From contig JBGAHS010000013.1 in NCBI GenBank assembly GCA_044226015.1, forward strand, positions 1 through 64,000: 64,000 bases of DNA, given 5' to 3'. The notes beneath the pieces are model-generated. The model saw only the letters and a program-made list of their open reading frames with translations. It ran no database searches and was not told the origin of the DNA. Made by a program: the position numbers and the translations under genes. The DNA comes from Candidatus Obscuribacteraceae bacterium. Lineage in GTDB: Bacteria; Cyanobacteriota; Vampirovibrionia; Obscuribacterales; Obscuribacteraceae. Positions 1 to 8,169 of the stretch are shown in pieces; the first letter of the stretch is position 1, and each line of letters starts with the position of its first letter.

Positions 1-30
1 GCCTAGTACCACCGACGGAGGACATCAGAA

Positions 31-189
31 ATGAATGAAGAGATGAAGGAATTGGTTGAATTGATTGCCGAGCTACGGAAGGAAATGAATGGACTAGAAG
101 AAGATGATGTCGATTACATCGCCTTGCAGTTTGAACTCAATCACTGGAACTCCTGCCTGAAAGATCTACGTGAGGCTCGGGGGCGTTAA
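31..189 (+). CDS. small acidic protein (52 aa), paralog of 746..919; not in ORF track
   Basis: Hand translation MNEEMKELVELIAELRKEMNGLEEDDVDYIALQFELNHWNSCLKDLREARGR*; GGAGG RBS upstream; ends in a GC hairpin plus T-run. Confidence 0.75.
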   Translation: MNEEMKELVELIAELRKEMNGLEEDDVDYIALQFELNHWNSCLKDLREARGR

Positions 190-436
190 GCCCCCTTTTC
201 CTCCTGACCCGCCCCGGGCCCAAGCGACTGCGCCGCTTCCGATTAAGGCCAAGAAAGCCAGAAAATTCGTCACGCAATTTTCAAAACTTGCTGAGCAGGT
301 CGAACTTCTCAAAGAAGAGATTCGCTACAATCCAGAAAATCTCGATGAGATAGCAAAGGTGCTAATTGCTATCTTTGAATTTCAGCGAGCGATGATCGAA
401 GCTGAGAGCGGGGCGCTCACGCGCCCCTTTTTTTGA
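170..436 (+). CDS. small helical hypothetical protein (start uncertain, may be a remnant)
   Basis: The distal half reads as a plausible amphipathic helix and ends in a terminator-like hairpin like its neighbours; no clear RBS or start codon. Confidence 0.3.
   Translation: MRLGGVKPPFPPDPPRAQATAPLPIKAKKARKFVTQFSKLAEQVELLKEEIRYNPENLDEIAKVLIAIFEFQRAMIEAESGALTRPFF
179..199 (+). terminator. intrinsic terminator
   Basis: GGGGGC-GTTAA-GCCCCC stem followed by TTTTT. Confidence 0.65.
410..434 (+). terminator. intrinsic terminator
   Basis: GGGGCGC-TCAC-GCGCCCC stem followed by a T8 run. Confidence 0.7.
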
Positions 437-516
437 TTGGCTGGTGTACAAAAAAACCGGAAGAAAAAACGAAACGCTCCTCTTTTACATTGTTGAATTG
501 TGTTTAGAACAAAGCC

Positions 517-560
517 GGTCAAGCCCCCTGGCCCTGCGGGTCGCTACGCGAGGCTTGACC
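517..560. repeat. leading-region hairpin repeat, copy 1
   Basis: GGTCAAGCC...GGCTTGACC inverted arms; the core GCCCT(G/A)CGGGTCGCTACGCGAGGCTTGA is shared with 634..710. Confidence 0.8.
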
Positions 561-633
561 TACAATGCTCCACTACTCTCACTTTGTTCGTTCCGTTCCA
601 CACTGGTACTCCGTCGCCGTTAGTTCCTATTAG

Positions 634-710
634 ATCACGGAGCCGAAAGGTTCAAGCCCAAGCCCTACGGGTCGCTACGCGAGGCTTGAACCTTTCGGCG
701 CCACCGTGAT
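634..710. repeat. leading-region hairpin repeat, copy 2 (candidate ssDNA promoter/ssi element)
   Basis: Perfect 17-bp arms GCCGAAAGGTTCAAGCC (642-658) / GGCTTGAACCTTTCGGC (683-699) plus outer ATCACGG/CCGTGAT; lies directly upstream of the RBS of 746..919. Confidence 0.75.
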
Positions 711-745
711 GAGGGCGGTCAGTATCCCGATGGAGGACCTACATC

Positions 746-919
746 ATGGTCATTGACATAACTGAAATCATCGAAATCTTGAAGAATATCGAGTGGCTGG
801 AGAGCGAGAAAGAGGGACTGGAACCTGATGACATTGATTACATTGGGATCCAGTTTGAGATCAACATGGAATACAAAAACCTCGAATACATCAAGACTCT
901 TTTGAGGTCGGGGGGCTAG
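746..919 (+). CDS. small acidic protein (57 aa), paralog of 31..189; not in ORF track
   Basis: Hand translation MVIDITEIIEILKNIEWLESEKEGLEPDDIDYIGIQFEINMEYKNLEYIKTLLRSGG*; GGAGG RBS; shared motif GLExDDxDYIxxQFExN. Confidence 0.75.
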   Translation: MVIDITEIIEILKNIEWLESEKEGLEPDDIDYIGIQFEINMEYKNLEYIKTLLRSGG

Positions 920-932
920 TCCCCCCTTTTTT
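910..932 (+). terminator. intrinsic terminator
   Basis: G-run/C-run stem around CTAGT followed by T7. Confidence 0.65.
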
Positions 933-1203
933 GATCCTCTGGTCAGTCTTCGGTCGTTCAGGGCGCAATGCGAGGGCTGACCTAGCCGCTGCCCGCAACG
1001 CTGGCGCGTTGCTCTGCTACACCCCACCCCGTGCCCAACTGGCTCTCGCCAGTTCCGTAAAAGGCACCGTATATGGTGCTTTTGAAAAAAGAAAAAAAGA
1101 AAGGGACCGCCTCTGCAATGACGACAGTCCCTTCGATAGAGCTTGAGACACTCAAGACCATTATACAGCCAATTCCCCTGACCGCCCCCACCCAGCTTCT
1201 GTA

Positions 1204-1398
1204 GGAATTTCGGAGTGGAAGATGGAGATTGGCGACCCGTCAGAATTTCACATCGTCAAACGCCCGGTGCGCCCACACAAAACCTTATCACAGGCGAACC
1301 TGTGATTTTTAGAACCGTGTGGGCGCCCCAGGTCGGCGTTTGAGCTTGAGACACTCGAGCGACGGGTTCAACTCCCGTGGCGTCCACTCCGAAATTCC
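1204..1398 (+). ncRNA. ssrS: 6S RNA-like rod-shaped structured RNA (alternatively a large ssDNA hairpin promoter)
   Basis: Nested pairings: GGAATTTCGGAGTGGA/TCCACTCCGAAATTCC (16 bp perfect), ACCCGTC/GACGGGT, TCAAACGCC/GGCGTTTGA, GCGCCCACAC/GTGTGGGCGC, ATCACAGG/CCTGTGAT; central bubble AGAATTTCACATCG opposite a small GCTTGAG-ACA-CTCGAGC hairpin; GGGTTCAA motif; length ~195 nt. Confidence 0.55.
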
Positions 1399-1457
1399 GA
1401 TTGCCCCACCCATGCGGTCTAGCTCCAGGTCGCTGCAGCAGCTGGTAGGATCATGGA

Positions 1458-1715
1458 ATGGATATTCTCTGGTCGCTAGGTCTTGTCGTCGTCATCTTGC
1501 TTGCGCTCAACCACATGGCTGGGGGCAACCCGGGCAACGTGCTGCGCCCTACCGCCCGTATCGTCACAGGTGTGGTTGGAGGCGTGCTGGGTTTTGTTAC
1601 TCGCTTTCTCGGGTCCCTCTTGCGCATCGGGGCCGGTTCGGTTGGATCAATGAAAATACCGAAGAAGGATGACAACAATAATGGACCTGGACCTCCGCCA
1701 CCCAGGTGGGATTGA
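1458..1715 (+). CDS. small membrane protein with Pro-rich tail
   Basis: Hydrophobic N-terminal helix, Gly-rich second helix, AGGA RBS. Confidence 0.7.
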   Translation: MDILWSLGLVVVILLALNHMAGGNPGNVLRPTARIVTGVVGGVLGFVTRFLGSLLRIGAGSVGSMKIPKKDDNNNGPGPPPPRWD

Positions 1716-1892
1716 GTAGGCTAAAAGTAACAACGAGCGAAGCTCGAACCTTGGAGCGAAGCGACCCCTCCCCTGCCGCTAGCGCGGAGATGAACGACGC
1801 GCAACATTAAAAACGTAGCGAGGAACGAGCGGAGCCTTGCCGAAGCGGGAAGCCTTTTTTGAGCAATCGGGGACCTTCACGTCCGTATGAGA

Positions 1893-2009
1893 GGCTTACC
1901 GTTTTGGTAAGGCAAGATACAATCGACCCGCACGGCGGGTCTAGAATAAGGTTAGGAAAGGCTTTTGGAACCCGCACGGTGTTTTTGATTTGCTATTTTG
2001 AACCCGCAC
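1893..2009 (-). promoter_or_regulatory. oriT: putative oriT (MOB-P-like nic site) with auxiliary-protein binding repeats
   Basis: The minus strand reads inverted repeat GACCCGC-CGT-GCGGGTC (1925-1941), then GATTG TATCTTG^C (predicted nick 1913/1912), matching YAWCYTG. ACCCGCAC occurs three times (1926, 1970, 2002). It sits just upstream of mobC/relaxase. Confidence 0.7.
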
Positions 2010-2023
2010 ACATCCTATAATGG

Positions 2024-2545
2024 TTGGAAATAGATAATTTTGGAGCAAGCACAGTGGGCGAGAGCAAAAAGCCAAAGAGTGAGACAGGAAAGTCCAGCAG
2101 CGAGGTCAAAAAACGCGTCTTCAATCCAACTGTTGAAACACGAATGACACGAAATGACATCAAAAGATTGGACGAGGCCGCCAAAGAAAAGGGTAAGACT
2201 CGTGCAGACTTTATGCGTCAAGTACTGCTATGGTATCTAGACAATCAGGAAAATATCGAACTTGACAAGAGGGAGTCGGAGGTCGCCCAGGCGATCCGTT
2301 ATGCGACTGATCAGCACATTAAGGCCGTAAAAAATGGGACGGATCGGATCTGTAAAATGCTAGCTCGTCAGGGAGCCGCCATAGGTACCCTTTATGAGTT
2401 GAGCTGGATGGCCCTGCCTGATGACGAAAATGCCAAACTTGTTTTTGAGGTAGCAGCCAAAACAGCCAAGGCAAAAATGCATAAGCATCTTGAAAAAGAC
2501 GAAGCTGAAATAGCCGAGAGGATGAAGAAGGTAACTGGCTCTTGA
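2024..2545 (+). CDS. mobC: ribbon-helix-helix relaxosome auxiliary protein (MobC-like)
   Basis: RHH pattern VETRMTRNDIKRLDEAAKEKGKTRADFMRQVL; stop overlaps relaxase start. Confidence 0.7.
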   Translation: MEIDNFGASTVGESKKPKSETGKSSSEVKKRVFNPTVETRMTRNDIKRLDEAAKEKGKTRADFMRQVLLWYLDNQENIELDKRESEVAQAIRYATDQHIKAVKNGTDRICKMLARQGAAIGTLYELSWMALPDDENAKLVFEVAAKTAKAKMHKHLEKDEAEIAERMKKVTGS

Positions 2546-4092
2546 TCGTTGTAAAACACAACTACATCTCAGCCCGAGATAGGCAAAGTCGTGGCAAGGG
2601 CAAATCTCCAAAACTTGCCGCCGTCGGTCGTGCCCTGGCTCACGTCAAATACATCCAGCATCGCCCAGGAGAGGACCGAGAGGACGGGGGAAGGGAGCTT
2701 TTCAATGAAGAAGAAGAAAGGCTTGATAGTAAGAGGCTTCGCGCAGCTATTCGCGAGCTGAAAGACGCCAAGGTCGTTGTCCATAAGGTAACACTAGCCC
2801 CAGATATCAATCCTGGAGACAAGAAACAGTTCACCCGTGAAGTCATGCAGCAACTTGCCCAGGAAAAGGGGCTGGACCTCCAGTGGTTCGGAGTCGAGCA
2901 CAACAACACCGACCATCATCACATTCACGTTGTTGTTCTCGGTAAAGACAAAAATGGTGTTGACGTTCGTATCGACAGGAAAGACTACGACAAAATCAAA
3001 GAATACGGAGATCGCTATCTTGAGCGCCATCACCCATTAGAACTTGAAAGAGCGCGCTCAGAGCGCGAGAAAAAAGAGCAAGAGCGCCTGGAGCTCCGCA
3101 AGAAAGAACGCGAAGCCGAGCGTGAACAGCGCATCAGGGACGGGCTTGAACTCCCATATGCTCACAAGAAAATAATTCGAGAAATGTTTCAGCCTTACGA
3201 CAAATGGAAGGAGATGGAACAGAAAAGAGCTGCAGAAGAAAAGAAAGTTCCGGCTAAAGAGGAGCCCGAAAAACCTTATTTTCAGGACACTATTGAAGCT
3301 GCCGGTAAAGAGTGGAGCAAGCAAAATACCCTTGCTGAATTACAGGAATTGAATCAATTCCTCTGGGACAACTATGAAGAGAGAATTGATATAACTGAGT
3401 ACAAGAAACTTGTAGCCTGGATTAAAGAGAAAGAGCGTCTGGCTCAAAAGGAGCCTGAAAAGAAAGAGGAGCAAAAAGAAGAGAAAAAGGACCGTGACTC
3501 TTTCGATTACAAAGGTGAAAAATATGGCAAAGATTCATCCTACGAAAAGCTCACTGGGCTTGCCTCTCGGCTGCGCGAGAACAAGAAGAAAGAAGACCGT
3601 TTGCCAATAGATGATTACCAGAATCTGCGCAAATGGATTGAAGCTAAGGACCGAGCGCGTTGGGCAGGTGCGCTAGAGAAAAATATGGACATAGCCAAGA
3701 CGCAAGCCTGGCAAAAGAAAGCACGTGATGGAGCAGCCGACAACTACAGGTACATTGATCCAGTACAACAGCAAGTGACTGGAATGAAAGCCTTTGGATT
3801 GTGGATGAAGTTTGCATCGCTCTCAAATGAATTGGTGAAGTCTATTCCACTTGACGATCGCTATCGCGATTACTACAAAGAGGCAATCCAGGAGATGGAG
3901 GCAGCAAAAAAAGACATTATAGATAGGTCCATCAAGAAAGGGGACACTGCCGGCGGCGAGGCCCAGCACAAAATTAACAAGCTCGATGAGGCTATAGATG
4001 CCGAGATCGATAAGAAAAAAGAAGAGGAAGACAGGAAAAAAAGACCGAAAAAGAAAGATCCTTTTGAGCGTGATCAGTGGGGTAGATTTTAA
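2542..4092 (+). CDS. HUH relaxase (MobA/VirD2-like, MOB-P type)
   Basis: N-terminal Tyr motif (HVKYIQHR), motif II (HKVTLAP), motif III HNNTDHHHIHVVV; charged helical C-terminus. Confidence 0.9.
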   Translation: MIVVKHNYISARDRQSRGKGKSPKLAAVGRALAHVKYIQHRPGEDREDGGRELFNEEEERLDSKRLRAAIRELKDAKVVVHKVTLAPDINPGDKKQFTREVMQQLAQEKGLDLQWFGVEHNNTDHHHIHVVVLGKDKNGVDVRIDRKDYDKIKEYGDRYLERHHPLELERARSEREKKEQERLELRKKEREAEREQRIRDGLELPYAHKKIIREMFQPYDKWKEMEQKRAAEEKKVPAKEEPEKPYFQDTIEAAGKEWSKQNTLAELQELNQFLWDNYEERIDITEYKKLVAWIKEKERLAQKEPEKKEEQKEEKKDRDSFDYKGEKYGKDSSYEKLTGLASRLRENKKKEDRLPIDDYQNLRKWIEAKDRARWAGALEKNMDIAKTQAWQKKARDGAADNYRYIDPVQQQVTGMKAFGLWMKFASLSNELVKSIPLDDRYRDYYKEAIQEMEAAKKDIIDRSIKKGDTAGGEAQHKINKLDEAIDAEIDKKKEEEDRKKRPKKKDPFERDQWGRF

Positions 4093-6038
4093 TGGCGGAA
4101 GTTCAAGACTCAGGCATAGTGCAAGTCTCGGCAAAGGAATTTCCAGCCATTGCCGTAAATGTGCTTGATAAATTGGGTTATACGGTTTCAAGAACGAGCA
4201 ATCAGCTTGATCAGATCATTGCCGTAGAGCGCATCAATGAGCAGGTTGGCAGAGACTGGTGGAGGCACGAATATCGTCTCGTGTTGCAATGGTCTGCCAC
4301 CTCAGACGGTGCTTCAGTAGTCGTGGAAATCGAACTCAAGGAAACCCTCGGAAGCGCCAGCCCACAGGAATGTCGGTCCCGATGCGACAAGCTAATAACG
4401 CAGTTGCAGAAAGACGCCGATAGGGCCTTGAAAACTCGCCAAAAAAAAGAACCCAATACTCGCTATGGAGCAGCCAGATGGGGAACCGACGCTGATCTTC
4501 TTCAGCAGGGATATGTAATGTCGAAGGTGGATCCAAAAAGGCTGATAATTGGGCGAACTGCTGACGGAAAATACCTGCAGGTGCCAGAGCTTTCAACCCA
4601 TGCCCATGCAATCATTTGTGGACGAACGGGCGTCGGCAAATCCAGAGCGTTTTTTATACCAAACCTGATAGAGCGGCTTGGTACAAGCATGGTTGTGACA
4701 GAAGCTACTCCAGGTTTTGAAGCTGGCGAATTGTATTCGCTCACGGCCGGATGGCGGAAAAAGGCTGGTCATGAGGTTTTTTGTTTTAATCCCTCTGATA
4801 TGTCATCTCATCGAATAAACCCAATCGACCGAGTCCGTCATGCGCCAGCTGCTCAAAAGACCGCGCGTGCAGAAGCGTTGGCCGAGCTTATCATCATGAA
4901 CGGCGAGCGCGCTGACAGTAACTATGAGCAAACCTGGAACCGGTCTGAGAAATTGCTCTTAACGCCACTCATTCTGCATGCCGCAGCAAGTGACCCGGAA
5001 CAGGGGCATTTAGGTGCGTTGCGCTGGCTCATATTGCAAGGACCGGATAGGTTGCAGAAGGTCCTGGAGCAGAGTCCGTCTCGTGTTGCTCAGATGGAGT
5101 TTGAAGGCTGGATGAGACTTTCCGGCGAAACCAATTTTAAATATGGCGTCTTTTCAGGGCTTATTACTAAGTTAAATCCATGGATGACTGACCACATGGT
5201 GGCTCTTACTGAGACCACTGATATTGACTTTGAGAGCCTTGCTGACCAGCTTTTTACATTCTATCTTGCTGTGCCCAGCCGATCAAAAGATAGCAAGCTT
5301 GTTGGCTCTCTTATGATGAATTTCTTGCTCGACCATATACTGGAAATGCGCAAGCAGCTCAAACATCCAGTAACCATGCTGCTTGATGAGTTTACGAACT
5401 TCGGTAAAATTACCGGCATTGCAGATGTTCTTTCGTTGATTCGAAAAAATAGAATTGGCTTGATGCTCGGTTTTCAAAACTATGCGCAGCTCGAAATGGT
5501 CTATTCACGCAAGGAAGCGCAGGTGATTATCGACCAGCCAGCTACTCAGGTCTACTTCAGGCAGAAAAATATTGAAGAGGCAAAACAGCTAAGTGATGCT
5601 ATTGGAAGAACCACCGTTGAAGAAGTGACTGTCACAGACAGCGGACGAGTACAGGAATTTGTCCAGGCTCGTCAGTTGATCACTGCTGATGAACTTTGTG
5701 ATCTTAACAACGAGGTCATAGTTCTAACTGCAGAGGTTAAGCCCTTGCGTTTGCCGAGAACGGCACCAGACGCCTATCAGCATGCGCTGGCTTATGATGC
5801 TCCAGAAAGAGAAGAGCATGAAATTAGCGATTACATTGTCAATCGAGGACGGGCCGCAAAGGCTGAGGAAGTTAAGCAAAAAGACAAAATGAATAAAGCG
5901 CGCAAAGTCGATCCCAAGAAAATTGCAAGAATCGGACAAAACAAAAACGGTGAGTCCAAAAAGGACGAGCCTCAGCCGCCGCCTCCTCCCTCGCCGAGCA
6001 GAGATAGGGGCTCGCCGGACTATGGAGACGAGTTTTAG
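4092..6038 (+). CDS. virD4: type IV coupling protein (VirD4/TraG family)
   Basis: YGAARWG motif, Walker A GRTGVGKS, FNP..INP, Walker B LLDEF, GFQNYAQL, RQLITADE. Confidence 0.9.
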   Translation: MAEVQDSGIVQVSAKEFPAIAVNVLDKLGYTVSRTSNQLDQIIAVERINEQVGRDWWRHEYRLVLQWSATSDGASVVVEIELKETLGSASPQECRSRCDKLITQLQKDADRALKTRQKKEPNTRYGAARWGTDADLLQQGYVMSKVDPKRLIIGRTADGKYLQVPELSTHAHAIICGRTGVGKSRAFFIPNLIERLGTSMVVTEATPGFEAGELYSLTAGWRKKAGHEVFCFNPSDMSSHRINPIDRVRHAPAAQKTARAEALAELIIMNGERADSNYEQTWNRSEKLLLTPLILHAAASDPEQGHLGALRWLILQGPDRLQKVLEQSPSRVAQMEFEGWMRLSGETNFKYGVFSGLITKLNPWMTDHMVALTETTDIDFESLADQLFTFYLAVPSRSKDSKLVGSLMMNFLLDHILEMRKQLKHPVTMLLDEFTNFGKITGIADVLSLIRKNRIGLMLGFQNYAQLEMVYSRKEAQVIIDQPATQVYFRQKNIEEAKQLSDAIGRTTVEEVTVTDSGRVQEFVQARQLITADELCDLNNEVIVLTAEVKPLRLPRTAPDAYQHALAYDAPEREEHEISDYIVNRGRAAKAEEVKQKDKMNKARKVDPKKIARIGQNKNGESKKDEPQPPPPPSPSRDRGSPDYGDEF

Positions 6039-6065
6039 GGGAATAAATAGGCAGAGGGCAAGCTA

Positions 6066-6740
6066 ATGTTTTTTGGAGCAATCTTGGCTGGGTTGATTAC
6101 GTGGGGGACAGTTGGCGCTGTCCTCGGACAGCTGGTGCTTCACAAGAATGAAGCTGGTATCTTTCCGGGTCTTATAGCCGCTATATGGGCTGCCTGGCCC
6201 TTCATGCATCATGGAGGAGTTGAGAGATATAACTTCCTGCATCCGGTGCCTAAGCGCTACAGGGTTCCCTTGAAAGTCGCATTCAGCAAGGTTCGCGACA
6301 TACTCTCTGACACAACCTATAACTTTGGCGACAAATGGAATGTGCAGACTGCCGATACACAGCAAAGGCGCATACGAGCGACTCTGCCATTTGCCGATGA
6401 GAGCATGAAGATGGAAATGGACGCGCGAGGAGGCGTCCATACGCGCACTGAGAGAAATCGTCGAATCCTAATTTTGGACGTGCAGATGAAGGATGAGGGC
6501 GAGTATACGGTCATCCAATTTGACTTTGATCCGAAGATCGAGGGCTCTTCCTTCTTTGCCTGTGATGACAAAATCGCTAACTTACTCAAGTCTGTGGAAG
6601 CCGCGCTTGGACCTAGTTCTGACGCCGGTAAGCCTGTTGGTGGCAATATACCTGCACCCCCCTGGTGGCTTCTGGGTTTAACGGCTTACGGGCTTTTGCT
6701 TCTCTTAGGCGATGCGCAGTCGGCGGTGTCCGGAAAATGA
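6066..6740 (+). CDS. membrane protein of mob operon
   Basis: Two N-terminal and one C-terminal hydrophobic segments; ATGA overlap with next gene. Confidence 0.8.
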   Translation: MFFGAILAGLITWGTVGAVLGQLVLHKNEAGIFPGLIAAIWAAWPFMHHGGVERYNFLHPVPKRYRVPLKVAFSKVRDILSDTTYNFGDKWNVQTADTQQRRIRATLPFADESMKMEMDARGGVHTRTERNRRILILDVQMKDEGEYTVIQFDFDPKIEGSSFFACDDKIANLLKSVEAALGPSSDAGKPVGGNIPAPPWWLLGLTAYGLLLLLGDAQSAVSGK

Positions 6741-8092
6741 ACGAATACCAGAAAGCCTATTCCATTCTTGGTCTTGAGCCAGGTACAAATAAGGAGAGTA
6801 TCCAAAGGCGCTATAAGCGCTTGGTGATGGTTTGGCATCCGGACCGCTTCCCAACCGAAGAAGGACGCAAGGATGCCGAGGAAGAACTCAAGAAAATAAA
6901 TAACGCCAAGGACCTTCTCTGGAAGCACTTTGACAAAGGCGAGCACAAAGCGAGTGGCTGTGTCTGTCAAGGCAGTGCTGCTAAAAGTGAGTCAGCGCCG
7001 CCTCCCAGACCTAAGCCAAATCCGCATCCACCGCCGCAGCCTAACCCAGGACCTGGTCCTGGACCTAAGCAAAAGACTGCCGCTGAACAAGAAGCTGAGC
7101 GACGAGACGCCGAACGCAGAGCACAGCAAGAGGCTGGTTCTAAGCAACAACAACAAAGTCAAACAGCAGCATTTGCTGACGCTATGAAGAAGCAGCCGAC
7201 TTATGATGCAGAGAAACTTCGTTGGAAAATAGCGCTTGGCGAAGGAGCTGTTTTCCTTGCAATATGCTTGTATAGCTGGATAGGCTCAGGCATTGGTGCT
7301 GCAATTCGTAGCAATACCAACAGCTCTGATAACAACAATCAAGCTACAACCGTAGTAGAAAAGAAAGATGACCCTTGTTCTCTGGCAGGTACATATAGCG
7401 CCCCGCCAGACCGCATTTCCTCTACAGTTTTAGACGCAGCAAAATCAAAGGCGACAGTCTGGACTGTGAAGTGTGATGGCACTGCTGGTGGTGCCACTCT
7501 CGAGGCTCGAGATCCAAACAATCGTCTGGTATTGGTGCAAGTCATAGCTCCTGATTGGAGTGTCGACCACCAGGACTTTATAGAGGCAAACGTATCAAGC
7601 AACGAAATAACCGTCAGTCGCTACAAGCAACCAAGTGATTACATTGGGCGCTGCATTTACCGGTACGACAATGCAAATCACTTACTTGAAGCCGTTAAAC
7701 AAGACTCCCAGAATAATGTAGAGCTTACTGCGACAGTCGAAAGGACCAAATTTGGTAAGTTCTATGCCTTAAACGTGAGACCCGAAGGTGGCAATGCAAC
7801 TACTTACTACGATACTTCAGGTACCGACGCAAAGGCTCAGTTCTATATGAGCAGCTTGTGCATGAACATCGACAAGTTTGTGGAACCAGCACCAACCCTC
7901 ACTGGACCTGATGCTGCAGCTCCTTCAGCACCCGTTCGAACAGAGCCTTTTCCATGGCAAACAAAAATGTATGTTCCAGAAAAAACGCCGGATGTTGTTC
8001 GACCCGCAGACCCGTTTACCACAAGCACCAGTACGGACACCGGAACTTCGTCTACACCTCACCTAGATGAGCTACTTAACAAGTACAAATAA
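6737..8092 (+). CDS. J-domain (DnaJ) membrane protein with extracytoplasmic domain
   Basis: AYSILGL...WHPDRF HPD motif, Pro-rich linker, one TM helix; start taken at ATG 6737. Confidence 0.85.
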   Translation: MNEYQKAYSILGLEPGTNKESIQRRYKRLVMVWHPDRFPTEEGRKDAEEELKKINNAKDLLWKHFDKGEHKASGCVCQGSAAKSESAPPPRPKPNPHPPPQPNPGPGPGPKQKTAAEQEAERRDAERRAQQEAGSKQQQQSQTAAFADAMKKQPTYDAEKLRWKIALGEGAVFLAICLYSWIGSGIGAAIRSNTNSSDNNNQATTVVEKKDDPCSLAGTYSAPPDRISSTVLDAAKSKATVWTVKCDGTAGGATLEARDPNNRLVLVQVIAPDWSVDHQDFIEANVSSNEITVSRYKQPSDYIGRCIYRYDNANHLLEAVKQDSQNNVELTATVERTKFGKFYALNVRPEGGNATTYYDTSGTDAKAQFYMSSLCMNIDKFVEPAPTLTGPDAAAPSAPVRTEPFPWQTKMYVPEKTPDVVRPADPFTTSTSTDTGTSSTPHLDELLNKYK

Positions 8093-8169
8093 CACTGAGT
8101 CACTCAGATAATTTTCAGACATTTCCTTTAGAGTGCGTGCGGGGATCCATTGGGTAACGAGTTGGGTTG

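Noticed and set aside
517..982. Repeated hairpins as a CRISPR array
   Set aside because: Only 2-3 divergent copies, irregular spacing, no cas genes in the window
1360..1390. GGGTTCAACTCCCG resembling a tRNA/tmRNA T-arm (possible att site)
   Set aside because: No cloverleaf, no CCA end and no matching acceptor stem; better explained by the 6S-like rod
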